Positions 1 to 9,098 of a DNA stretch of 27,019 bases are shown here, piece after piece. The stretch's first letter is position 1; the number at the start of each line of letters is the position of its first letter. The notes under the pieces were generated by a model. The model was not told the origin of the DNA. It made no database searches and saw nothing but the letters and a program-made list of their open reading frames with translations. The stretch is from Promethearchaeota archaeon (lineage in GTDB: Archaea; Asgardarchaeota; Lokiarchaeia; Sigyniarchaeales; SOKP01), in assembly GCA_016839585.1 (NCBI GenBank), contig JAEOTZ010000037.1, forward strand, positions 1 to 27,019, written 5' to 3'. Position numbers and translations under genes: made by a program.

Positions 1-253
1 CAAAAGCGAAATTGATTATTTTTATTTCTCGAATCTTTAAAAGATCCTTAAATAAATAGTTGAAATTATTCTTATAAGATTCTAATAGTTGGCTTTTTAT
101 ATTGTCTTTTTTCTCTTCTTCATAATCGTTTATATAGTTGACAATTCTTTTATAATCATCGAAAATATCTTGAGATAGAGCTGTTAATTCTGCTTGTTGA
201 AATTCATTAAGCCACTGCTGGTATAACTTCCCGTAATCCTTTCTTAAGTCCAT
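1..253 (-). CDS. DNA replication complex GINS subunit (GINS15/GINS51 type), 5' part only; runs off the window start
   Basis: ATG at 251-253 (minus) opens an uninterrupted frame MDLRKDYGKLYQQWLNEFQQAELTALSQDIFDDYKR...LFKDLLKIREIKIINFAF. The helical pattern resembles the GINS A-domain, and the gene lies directly downstream of priS as in the conserved archaeal PCNA-priS-GINS15 cluster. Confidence 0.7.
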   Translation of the reverse strand, partial: MDLRKDYGKLYQQWLNEFQQAELTALSQDIFDDYKRIVNYINDYEEEKKDNIKSQLLESYKNNFNYLFKDLLKIREIKIINFAF

Positions 254-317
254 AAAAATTGAAATTGATACTTAATAGTAAATAATAAATTAAATTCACA
301 TAAAATTTTATTATTTA

Positions 318-1589
318 CTAACTTAATTTTGCTACTTCTCTACATAATAAAAAAACAGCTATATGATGGGGGACCTCAATTATATCTCCTTTTTTATAAG
401 GTCCATATTTTTTTCCTTTTATTCTCGTTTCTGGCACATCATGTTCAATGATTTGAAGTTTATGAATATTTTCTTTACTTTTAAATACGATAGGATCAAG
501 CCTTTCATTGTTTTCATTTAATGGATTGAAATCATCAAGTTCATCATGGTTAATTTCTTGAGTTTTAAATCCTGTTTTACCATGTAAAGAACCAGGATAA
601 CGAATGAGTCTATGAATGTCAATTGTAACAGGTCCATCAATTTCTGCTCCAATATCATCTACTATTCCAAATAAAAATTTCTCCCAAGTTTTTATACCAA
701 ATCCTTCAAGGTTCCATATATTTTGTTTACTATTTGATATGATTTGTTGAAAATCCCTTTTAGAATTAATAAAACTCTTAACAATATTTCGATTTAAACC
801 ATATCTCAATAATAAAAGTTCAATTTCTTGATTAGTATAAGTTGTTAATATTTCTTCTATTTTTTTTATTATTTTTTGAGACCAACCAATATTTTCCTTT
901 AATAACCCAAGAATATTAGATCGATCTTGTCTTAACCCTAAAATTTCAAATGATATGTTTTCACCTGTAAGATAATCTGCAATCTCCCTACGCTCCTCAC
1001 TTAATAAAGTTCTTATTTTTTTGTTTTCTATTTTTAAATGATAACCTCTATGCCCGGAAAAAGCAATTTTTATTTCTTTATCTTTAATTCCAAAATCTGG
1101 AACTAAAAAATTGTTAATTAATTTAAAAACCTCATTCTTAGCTATTTTTAAACAGTCTTCACAGATCCAACTTAAAGATTTAGTCTTTATACTATTACAT
1201 TTAGTACATTTCTTAACTATACCTTTACCTGTCTTTCCGCATTCTTTACAATACCAAGTATCATGGACATCTTTACATGGTGTATAAAAATGATCAACAT
1301 CGATATCAATGATTAAATCACATCCTTGGTATCCTTTTTTATCCATATCCAGGTTATCTGGTTGTAAATAAGAGGCTCCACTTGAGTAAACGTGTTTAGG
1401 GCTTTCGTTGATTAGGTATTGTTTTAAATCTTCTGTAAATTTAAAACAAATATGTCTATTCATTATTTCTTTATCCCAGGGAATAAAACCAAATTCTCTT
1501 TTTTCTAACTTAGTGATAATAGGAATTTCTTCTCGTTTTTCTTTATAATAAGCTTGAAATACCCGTTTTAAATAATTTTTTTCGCTCAT
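318..1589 (-). CDS. priS: DNA primase catalytic (small) subunit
   Basis: REFGF, DLIIDID (catalytic DxD), FSGHRGYH and VTIDIHRLIRYPGSLHGKTG motifs; Cys-rich Zn-binding insertion. Confidence 0.96.
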   Translation of the reverse strand: MSEKNYLKRVFQAYYKEKREEIPIITKLEKREFGFIPWDKEIMNRHICFKFTEDLKQYLINESPKHVYSSGASYLQPDNLDMDKKGYQGCDLIIDIDVDHFYTPCKDVHDTWYCKECGKTGKGIVKKCTKCNSIKTKSLSWICEDCLKIAKNEVFKLINNFLVPDFGIKDKEIKIAFSGHRGYHLKIENKKIRTLLSEERREIADYLTGENISFEILGLRQDRSNILGLLKENIGWSQKIIKKIEEILTTYTNQEIELLLLRYGLNRNIVKSFINSKRDFQQIISNSKQNIWNLEGFGIKTWEKFLFGIVDDIGAEIDGPVTIDIHRLIRYPGSLHGKTGFKTQEINHDELDDFNPLNENNERLDPIVFKSKENIHKLQIIEHDVPETRIKGKKYGPYKKGDIIEVPHHIAVFLLCREVAKLS

Positions 1590-1595
1590 TTCCTT

Positions 1596-2765
1596 CTAAT
1601 CTTCTAATTTTTTGATTTTTTTAGATCCACGATATTGTTTTAACTGGATATAGAATAATGGATGAGCTAGGGTTTTTTTAGTATCTAATTTTTTTGAGAA
1701 ATATCCTTCTAAACAAATTTGATCATTATATTTCACTGCCATACATAAATTCAAGGATTTTAAAGTTGCACATGAGTGAGGGATGTAACCTTTTCTCTTA
1801 GCGAAATTAATTTGGTATTCAGTTTTTTTCTTATCAAAATCGGGCATTGTTGAAAACACATTAATTATTTCATCCTCAGGATAATCAAGAGCATTTAAGA
1901 AAAATGTAATAAACAATCTTTCAATATGAGTTAAGTTTTGTCCTTCCTCTGCTTTAAGAAGAATATCTTTAATACATGGAGGAAAGTCTTTTGAAATATT
2001 TGATCCTTTTTTGAAACTTATCTCAAAATTATATTCAAATTCCTCTTTCTTTAATTCCCAGTGACTCAGAATATTATCATATATCTCCTTAAATTCTTGA
2101 ATTTTTAATAGATTTTTTTTGAATTTATTGCTACTTTTTCCTTCATCATCTTCATTATTTAAGAATTTTCTACGTACGTATTCTTGTATGAGGCGAATTA
2201 GACTTCTTTTTTGAATAAAGACATATCCCTCTGAAAGAGCATTGTTTACTAACTTTCGGTACTCGTCTCTTAAATTAGCAGCTAATTTCAAATAATCAGC
2301 ATAATGAATTCTAAAATTTGTTTCAAGAATTTGTTTTTGATCTTTTGAAATGTTAATCCCATAATTTATAGGAGGTTGATAATATTTAATTTTTAAATTT
2401 AAATCTTGACAAATTTCATAAACAGTAGCATCAGCTTCTTTTAATAATTCATTATTCGTTATTTTCGAATACAAATTTGCAATTCTGTTTGAAATAGGTT
2501 TATTATCTAAAATATACAATAAAATTCTCAATATTAAATATAAATAGATGTTTAAATCATCGTTTTTATGACCTGAGAGATATTCTATGTTTTCAAATGC
2601 TGCTCTAAAAAATTTAAAGACTCTTTCTTGAATTTCACCATTAGGATATTTTGAAAAAAGTTCTAATAAATATTCATAAGGATCATCCTTCGAGTCAATA
2701 TAAGAGTATTTTTTTAATGAAGGAAGCCAAGGATAGCGTTTTACTAAATCAAAAATATTACTCAT
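1596..2765 (-). CDS. priL: DNA primase regulatory (large) subunit
   Basis: N-terminal YPWL; FPPCI, NLTHIERLF and HSCATLKSLNLC (Fe-S cluster cysteines); HPLFY; adjacent to priS. Confidence 0.95.
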   Translation of the reverse strand: MSNIFDLVKRYPWLPSLKKYSYIDSKDDPYEYLLELFSKYPNGEIQERVFKFFRAAFENIEYLSGHKNDDLNIYLYLILRILLYILDNKPISNRIANLYSKITNNELLKEADATVYEICQDLNLKIKYYQPPINYGINISKDQKQILETNFRIHYADYLKLAANLRDEYRKLVNNALSEGYVFIQKRSLIRLIQEYVRRKFLNNEDDEGKSSNKFKKNLLKIQEFKEIYDNILSHWELKKEEFEYNFEISFKKGSNISKDFPPCIKDILLKAEEGQNLTHIERLFITFFLNALDYPEDEIINVFSTMPDFDKKKTEYQINFAKRKGYIPHSCATLKSLNLCMAVKYNDQICLEGYFSKKLDTKKTLAHPLFYIQLKQYRGSKKIKKLED

Positions 2766-2887
2766 GACTCAGATATTCTCCCATTTTAAATTAATCTATT
2801 CATATTTAAAGAAAATGATGCAAATAATCATTAATAAATTGAGAGTAAAACGATTTAATATAACTTTATTAGAATTACAGCTTTGGG

Positions 2888-3691
2888 TTAAAATTCATCC
2901 ATACTTTCATCTTCTTCAAATTCTACCTCTTCGACTCTAGGGGCAAGGAAATAACTTAGTTCTCCACCTTCTAGTATGTTAAATATCATTTTCAATGGAT
3001 GATCAGATTTTAGCGAGATCTCTAATTTTTCGGTAATTGATGCAATTTTTAATATTGCTTTCAAAAAAGTTAGTGAATATGATCCGCTGCTAGTTCCATT
3101 TATATTTGAGTCAATTAAATCATCTTCATTAAGATCATATACCATTTCACCAATTTGTCCGGAAGAACTAAATATTAGTCCTTGTTTTTCAATTGCTTTC
3201 ACATTGAGAATATCTGAATAGATTTCAGCATCTTTAATTGCTTCAACTAAAAAGTCAGGTTCAATTACCCATGTTGAGGGATAGTCAATTTCTAATAATT
3301 TATCCATAGGGATTTCTTCAATATCAATATCTAATCGTGCTAAACTGAATGTTCTTTTGCGTGAAGTACCTTCTCTTTGCATTTCAATTTTAATTTTTTG
3401 GTCAGTCTCATTAAATTCTATATCGACAGAATCATTTGCTGCACTTCTTTTTAAAATTTTGTCAAGGTCATCCAAATTTAAACCTACTTTAGTTTCTTGA
3501 CTGCACTTAAACACATCAAAATCATCTTTTTTTATAGCTAGTTTTAACAAACAGATTCGACTTGGATCCATCGCAGAGATGGTAAAATCTTTAGGAGTGA
3601 CTCGAAATTCAGTTTCATCAATTATACTTGCTAGAGTTTCAACAATTCCTTTTAAAACCCGACTATTTTCCAATTTTAATGTAAAACTCAT
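2888..3691 (-). CDS. pcn: DNA polymerase sliding clamp (PCNA)
   Basis: AMDPSRICL, VGLNLDDLDKILKR, YSLTFL, PLKMIF and C-terminal FLAPRVEE followed by an acidic tail. Confidence 0.97.
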   Translation of the reverse strand: MSFTLKLENSRVLKGIVETLASIIDETEFRVTPKDFTISAMDPSRICLLKLAIKKDDFDVFKCSQETKVGLNLDDLDKILKRSAANDSVDIEFNETDQKIKIEMQREGTSRKRTFSLARLDIDIEEIPMDKLLEIDYPSTWVIEPDFLVEAIKDAEIYSDILNVKAIEKQGLIFSSSGQIGEMVYDLNEDDLIDSNINGTSSGSYSLTFLKAILKIASITEKLEISLKSDHPLKMIFNILEGGELSYFLAPRVEEVEFEEDESMDEF

Positions 3692-3871
3692 ATTCTTTCA
3701 GCACATTAATTCCATAATAATTAAGATAATTTAGTTTTATTGACATTATTAATAATATTTAATATTAGTGTTTTAATAAGATCAATTTTAGTTATTGAAT
3801 TAATTATTTATAGTTATCTTAAATTTTGAATGTTATATTGTATAAACAAATGATTTTTATTTAATAAAAAA

Positions 3872-4195
3872 ATGTTAAAACAGCATGCAAAACAAAGAAT
3901 TATCAAAGATATAAAAGATGATGATTTACGAATACAAATTACTGGTTATGTAAAAGAAATAGTTGATAATGAAAATATAATATTGGATGATAAAACAGGA
4001 GAAATAGAAGTAATTGTTAAAAATGTTGATTTTAGGTTTGATAAAAATGATTTAATTAATATTTTCGGAGAAATCGAAATTAGTATGGCAGGAGAAAAAT
4101 CACTTGTAGCAGATATCATTCAAGACAAGAAAAATTTGAATTTTGAATATTACCAAAAATTATATAAAATCAAAAAACAGCTAGACTTAATTTAA
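3872..4195 (+). CDS. Small OB-fold protein, replication protein A small-subunit (RPA14/RPA3)-like
   Basis: IQITGYV, IILDDKTGEIEV and LINIFGEI OB-fold pattern with a C-terminal helix (NLNFEYYQKL); lies within the replication cluster. Confidence 0.7.
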   Translation: MLKQHAKQRIIKDIKDDDLRIQITGYVKEIVDNENIILDDKTGEIEVIVKNVDFRFDKNDLINIFGEIEISMAGEKSLVADIIQDKKNLNFEYYQKLYKIKKQLDLI

Positions 4196-4291
4196 ATTAT
4201 CATATTTACCAAAATCTTATAGAATAAAACTTTTTAGAAATTAATATTTTTTAAGGGTATTACTTAACACTTCAATTAAAAAATTATTATT

Positions 4292-4624
4292 ATGGTTGAA
4301 TTTTGCCCTAAATGCTCAAATCTGCTGAGGAAAAGGAATGTGGGTGGAAGACTTACCTTGGTTTGTAAATGTGGTTATCAAAAACCACTTGAAAAGGATA
4401 ATAAAAAAGTAGAACAAAATATACAAAGAAAGAGTAAAGCTTTAGAAAAAAATTTAGTAATAGTATCTGAAAATATATCAGTACATCCAAAAACTAGTAA
4501 ATTTTGCCCTAAATGTGACCATAAAGAGGCAGAGACTTGGCAAATGCAGATCAGAGGTGCTGATGAACCAATGACTCATTTTTTTAGATGTGTAAAATGC
4601 AAATATACTTGGCGTGAACAATAA
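4292..4624 (+). CDS. tfs: Transcription factor S (TFS / RpoM family)
   Basis: Two zinc ribbons (FCPKC...CKCGY; CPKC...CVKC) and the acidic finger QIRGADEP. Confidence 0.95.
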   Translation: MVEFCPKCSNLLRKRNVGGRLTLVCKCGYQKPLEKDNKKVEQNIQRKSKALEKNLVIVSENISVHPKTSKFCPKCDHKEAETWQMQIRGADEPMTHFFRCVKCKYTWREQ

Positions 4625-4679
4625 TAAAATTTTCTATATTAAAATAAAAAGGATTATATCACCTAAGTATTAATAAATT

Positions 4680-4703
4680 ATCGTGAAAGAGGGGTTTCAC
4701 GAT
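4680..4703. repeat. Perfect 9-bp inverted repeat (hairpin or operator) downstream of tfs
   Basis: ATCGTGAAA-gagggg-TTTCACGAT. Confidence 0.6.
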
Positions 4704-4791
4704 CTTCAGATTATTAGGATAAGTAACTCAAAACTTAACACATATTTTTTATAATAGAAATAATTAAATTTTTAAATTTTTGTAATAAATT

Positions 4792-4874
4792 TGAAAAAAG
4801 CGCCTAAAGGAATATTTTATTGTTATTAACTATTAAAATATTTTTCAGCTCTCTTTAAATGGGCGTTTTTTTCA
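4792..4874. repeat. Long imperfect palindrome 1 with TGAAAAAA(N)CGCC arms
   Basis: TGAAAAAAGCGCC (4792-4804) ... GGCGTTTTTTTCA (4862-4874), with inner inverted pairs TAAAG/CTTTA and AATATTTTA/TAAAATATT. Confidence 0.7.
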
Positions 4875-4989
4875 CCTTATATACGTCTTTTTCCCTTATT
4901 AAATCATTAATAAAATTAAAAGCAGTAATCGTAGATTTTCTATATTTTAAAAACCATAATTTTATATTAACAAATTTGTATTAATTTAG

Positions 4990-5062
4990 TGAAAAAACGC
5001 CAATAGCTAAATAATTTCCATATTGAATTCACTTTTGATATTATTTAACAGGCGTTTTTTCA
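4990..5062. repeat. Long imperfect palindrome 2 with TGAAAAAACGCC arms
   Basis: TGAAAAAACGCC (4990-5001) ... GGCGTTTTTTCA (5051-5062) form a perfect 12-bp inverted repeat; inner pair TAAATAAT/ATTATTTA. Confidence 0.7.
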
Positions 5063-5148
5063 TTTCTTAAAAAGAATTTCACCTTTACTTTCATAATTAT
5101 TAAATTCTTTAGAGTATTATTGAGAAATACAAAATATTAATCCTTAAC

Positions 5149-6288
5149 ATGGTTAAATACATCTATAGAGAGTTTAAAAGCACTCTAAATATTTTGAAAT
5201 ATCCAGATTCATGGTTTTGGTCTCGTTATACTTTGAATACATATTCTGGATGTGCTCATGCGTGTATTTACTGCGATGCAAGAAGTCAACGATATTATTT
5301 GGATCAAGATTTTGAAAATGAAGTTATAATTAAAACTAATTTTGATAAAAAGTTAGATCAAAGATTAAAAAGAGCTCGAAAATTACTTCCCGATGTCATT
5401 GCTCCAGGAGGTGTAAACGACGCCTATCAACCTATTGAAAAAGAGGTTGAAAATACAAGAAAAGTCTTACAAGTTATTGCCAAACATCAATTTCCGCTTA
5501 ATATCGCTACAAAATCGAATCTCGTTACTAAAGATATTGATATATTGAAAAAAATTGCAGATGACGCTTGGTGTACGGTAGGGTTTTCAATCAGCACTAC
5601 TAATGAAGATCTTGCGAAATTTTTAGAACCATACTCATCACCTCCTTCTGAAAGATTAAAGGCTTTAACTACTATCAAAAAGGAAGCGCCAAATATTCAA
5701 GTAGGAACATATTTTATTCCAATTATTCCGTTTCTAGAAGATGATGATGAGAATATAGAGGATATTTTCAAGCAATCTAAGGAAGCTGGTGCTAACTTTG
5801 TTTTATTCTCTCCTGGTTTAACTATGCGCGATTCGCAAGCTGAATTTTTTATTAAAAAGTTGAAAGATAGTAAATATGGGCATATTGTTAAACCACTTTT
5901 AGATTTATACAAAGGAAAAATGCATCCTCCGGCAGAATATGCAAGAAAATTACATTCAAAATTGTTTAGCCTTGCTGAGAAATATAATCTTTCCATCCGA
6001 GTAAAAAGATGGATTCCAAAGGATTATCGAAAATGGAATTATAAAATTTCTGAGCTACTATTAAATACAGAATATAGAAAGGCTGTTAAAACCGGAAAAT
6101 CAAATAAAACAATGATGTGGGCAGGACTTAATCTCAATAATTTAGAAGAATCTATCTTAGATGTTTATAAAAGAAGAGAATTAAATAAATTAAGGAATTT
6201 TACAAAGAATATTATAGAATTTGTTGAACCCTATTTAGAGAAAAGTAAGGAATTCAAATTAAGAAAAGGACTGGATAAATTTTTATGA
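5149..6288 (+). CDS. Radical SAM protein, spore photoproduct lyase (SplB/COG1533)-like, putative DNA repair
   Basis: LNTYSGCAHACIYCDAR (CxxxCxxC), DAYQPIE, IATKS and LEPYSSPPSERL motifs. Confidence 0.88.
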   Translation: MVKYIYREFKSTLNILKYPDSWFWSRYTLNTYSGCAHACIYCDARSQRYYLDQDFENEVIIKTNFDKKLDQRLKRARKLLPDVIAPGGVNDAYQPIEKEVENTRKVLQVIAKHQFPLNIATKSNLVTKDIDILKKIADDAWCTVGFSISTTNEDLAKFLEPYSSPPSERLKALTTIKKEAPNIQVGTYFIPIIPFLEDDDENIEDIFKQSKEAGANFVLFSPGLTMRDSQAEFFIKKLKDSKYGHIVKPLLDLYKGKMHPPAEYARKLHSKLFSLAEKYNLSIRVKRWIPKDYRKWNYKISELLLNTEYRKAVKTGKSNKTMMWAGLNLNNLEESILDVYKRRELNKLRNFTKNIIEFVEPYLEKSKEFKLRKGLDKFL

Positions 6289-7034
6289 ATAATATTGAAA
6301 CAATTGTTAAAAAAATAAGAAATCTTTTGAAAGAAAACGAACCTACCCTTACTGAAGACCAAAAATCTAGAATGTTTAAAATTATAAATCCAGATATTTC
6401 AAATTATGAAATGTATGGTCTCAAAACTTCTGAAATTGAGAATATTGTAAAGACAGTTTTTAACTCTTATGAATGTAATTATGAGGATGCTGTTGAAATT
6501 TTCAAAGTTTTAATACGCTCAAATAATGAGGGTGAGAAGTTTGCTGCCTTCTTTTTTCTAAATAGATTTAAAAAATTTTTTAATGAAGATACAATCAAGC
6601 TTTTCCAAAGGGAATATTCTAAATATTGTAACACTTGGAGTGTGTGTGATAGCACATGTATAAGAGTTATCGGCCCCTTTTTAGGGAAAAAAGGAAATGA
6701 AGAATTAGCTACAAAAGTGATAGATAAATGGTCTGCTTCCAATGTGATGTGGATTCAACGAGCCTCTATGGTTATTTTGCTTAAAATTGTTATGATGAAA
6801 AGAGACTTCGACAATTCATACGTATTTAATCTTGTTGATAGAATGTTAAAATTTTCTGATCAAAATTATATAGAAAAAGGAATTGGCTGGCTTCTTAAAA
6901 CTTGTTCTAAGTATAATCCGGAATTGATTTATAATTATTTAATGGAAAATAAGGATAAGTTAACATGCTTAATCCTTAGATATGCTAGCGAAAAACTCCC
7001 AAAAGAAAAAAGATCATCAATTTTAATGAAATAA
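6285..7034 (+). CDS. DNA alkylation repair protein (AlkD-like HEAT-repeat family)
   Basis: NTWSVCD, WSASNVMWIQRAS and YIEKGIGWLLK motifs; ATGA overlap with the radical SAM gene. Confidence 0.85.
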   Translation: MNNIETIVKKIRNLLKENEPTLTEDQKSRMFKIINPDISNYEMYGLKTSEIENIVKTVFNSYECNYEDAVEIFKVLIRSNNEGEKFAAFFFLNRFKKFFNEDTIKLFQREYSKYCNTWSVCDSTCIRVIGPFLGKKGNEELATKVIDKWSASNVMWIQRASMVILLKIVMMKRDFDNSYVFNLVDRMLKFSDQNYIEKGIGWLLKTCSKYNPELIYNYLMENKDKLTCLILRYASEKLPKEKRSSILMK

Positions 7035-7045
7035 ACTTTATATGA
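6940..7045 (+). repeat. 106-bp direct repeat, copy 1 (3' end of the AlkD-like gene)
   Basis: Matches 11106-11211 with 6 mismatches and no gaps by manual alignment. Confidence 0.92.
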
Positions 7046-7107
7046 TATTTTATACTTTTTAAATTACAAATTTTGAGATTTCTTATATCAAGAGAAATGA
7101 TTAGGAT

Positions 7108-7590
7108 GTGGGGGAAATAAATATGGTCCAATTAGAAATAAGTCCATCTGATTGGAAAGGTTATGTTGGTAAAGAGATTGGAACTTCTGATTGGTATGAA
7201 GTTACTCAAGATGAAATAACCGAATATGGAAAAATTGTAGGCGATATGCAATGGATACATGTTGATCCTGAACGTGCTAAAAAAGAATCTCCTTATGGGG
7301 TAACGGTTGCACACGGCAATTGGATACTTTCTATTGCTTATCCAAAATTATTCTCCCAACTCTATACTTCAATAAATACGCGAATGACAATAAATTATGG
7401 TTGGAATAAAATTCGGTTTCCTGCTCCAACCCCAATAGGCAAAAGTATTAGATTGATTGCAAAAGTTGTAAATGTTAAGGAAGTTGGAGAGGGAGCATAT
7501 GATGTAGAGTTTGATTTCAAAATCTATGTAGAAGGGGAATCAAAGTCGTGCTGTGTAGCTTTAAAACTTACAAGATTTTATTCTCTTTAA
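7108..7590 (+). CDS. MaoC-family (hotdog fold) dehydratase; true start may be ATG 7123
   Basis: SDWYEVTQ, GDMQWIHVDPERAKKESPYGVTVAHG and NYGWNKIRFPAP motifs. Confidence 0.92.
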   Translation: MGEINMVQLEISPSDWKGYVGKEIGTSDWYEVTQDEITEYGKIVGDMQWIHVDPERAKKESPYGVTVAHGNWILSIAYPKLFSQLYTSINTRMTINYGWNKIRFPAPTPIGKSIRLIAKVVNVKEVGEGAYDVEFDFKIYVEGESKSCCVALKLTRFYSL

Positions 7591-7649
7591 AAATAAATAA
7601 AATTGTAAAGGTATCAAGAATCAAGATAAATAATACTTGATAAACTAAT

Positions 7650-8102
7650 TTATTTTTTTATATCTCTAACTTTTAAAATATAATGACAAATTCCTTGGTT
7701 ATTAAGCGGGATACAATTTAAAAAATCAGCTTCAGTCGTCAATTGAGGAAATAATTCACTTAAAAATCCTCTCATATAGGGAATACATATATTTTCTTGA
7801 AAAACAGAACCTCGAGAGGGATTATAAATCCCACCGATTGGACAAAATTTTTTAGAAAATTTTACAATCACATCAAAATTATTGTCATTTAATTTTATTA
7901 TCGTTGGTTTTCCTCTCAAGCCAGTATAAAACTGCTTTAAAACGACTTCCATATCTAATACTGACCCTCTTTCTTTATAAAACCTACCTAACTTTGAACC
8001 AGATTTTACTGAAATTGCTCTGGGTAAATTAATTCCCCCAATATCAATCATTTCTGTAACGTAAGCTTGAAAAAACTTTAAAACATCTTTATTTTTTGAC
8101 AT
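7650..8102 (-). CDS. Hypothetical protein, V4R/methanogen-output-domain-like
   Basis: 150-aa ORF with the CP...C...C...C-x-Y spacing seen in V4R-like small-molecule-binding domains; the family call is tentative. Confidence 0.5.
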   Translation of the reverse strand: MSKNKDVLKFFQAYVTEMIDIGGINLPRAISVKSGSKLGRFYKERGSVLDMEVVLKQFYTGLRGKPTIIKLNDNNFDVIVKFSKKFCPIGGIYNPSRGSVFQENICIPYMRGFLSELFPQLTTEADFLNCIPLNNQGICHYILKVRDIKK

Positions 8103-8233
8103 TTCTGCTAAACTTTCTTATTATAAAATAATGTAACAAATCTAGTTTATGTTTAGTTTTAGAATATTTAATACTTATTGTCAGAGTTGTTTACTTGACA
8201 ATAAATAACAATTTTAAAATTATTTATTGCTTA

Positions 8234-9024
8234 TTATTTACCGATAAACTCGGGTTCCTTTTTTTCTAGTAAGGCAAAAACACCTCTCTTATAATCTTCA
8301 GTTTCAGCAGATTTTATTTGCATCTGGCGTTCATTTTCGAGGTGCTCTTCCAAAGGAGTACTTAAAGCTTCGAAGAATAATTTTTTGGTTCTAGCATAAG
8401 CTAATGTTGGTCCTTTGGAAAGACGTTGAGCCCATTGTATAGATACTTCTTCTAATTTTTCAAGAGGAACAATTTCATTTATTAAACCTAGTTTATTAAG
8501 GTCTTCTGCTGATAATGTATCGCCAAAAAATGACATTTGAGTTGCTTGTTGCCATGTGAGCTGTCAACTTAACAAAATCGAACCAGCAAATCCAGAAATT
8601 AACGCAAGTTTACAAAAAGATTGGCTAAGTTTTGCTTTTTCTGAGGCAATAATGAAATCACATGATAGAGCAAGATTCATAACCGCTCCAATAGCCCAAC
8701 CATTCACAGCAGCGATAATCGGTTTTGGATAAGTCCGTAAAATTAAAGCTATTTTGTAAAGGTCTTTTGTTAAATCGTCCATTGCTTGACCCGATGTACC
8801 ACTTTCTATGCTTGATTTAAATAGTTTTAAATCTCCACCAGCTGAAAATACTCTCCCTGAACCGGTAATTATTATACTCTTACATCATTCTTTTCTCTGA
8901 GAGATTCTAATACTTCTAACAATTCTTTCACCGATTCTTTATTTAGAGGATTAAGATTTTCAGGATCACTAAATTTTATCGTAGCAATATTCTCTTTTAT
9001 TGTTAAATCAATTTTTTTACCCAT
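8234..9024 (-). pseudogene. Enoyl-CoA hydratase/isomerase (crotonase family) pseudogene
   Basis: ATG 9022-9024 gives MGKKIDLTIKENIATIKFSDPENLNPLN. A frameshift near 8880 precedes IIITGSGRVFSAGGDL, followed by PKPIIAAVNGWAIG...LALSCD. An in-frame TGA at 8564-8566 interrupts the frame, which continues into the 8234-8536 ORF (ETEDYKRGVFALLEKKEPEFIGK). Confidence 0.9.
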
Positions 9025-9098
9025 CTCTAATTCTTCTCAAATTTTATTTACTCTTACTTTTAATGGAGTTTTTAATTAAAAAATTATGAATTTAATAA

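Noticed and set aside
4625-5148. Replication origin, CRISPR array, bacterial attC sites or SECIS elements
   Set aside because: There is no canonical ORB consensus or cdc6/orc1 gene; the repeats are inverted rather than regularly spaced direct repeats; the RYYYAAC/GTTRRRY ends and the GA-quartet core are missing.
8564-8566. In-frame TGA as a selenocysteine codon
   Set aside because: The position is not a catalytic Cys-like site (probably an Arg codon mutated to TGA), the gene also has a frameshift, and no SECIS-like hairpin was seen.
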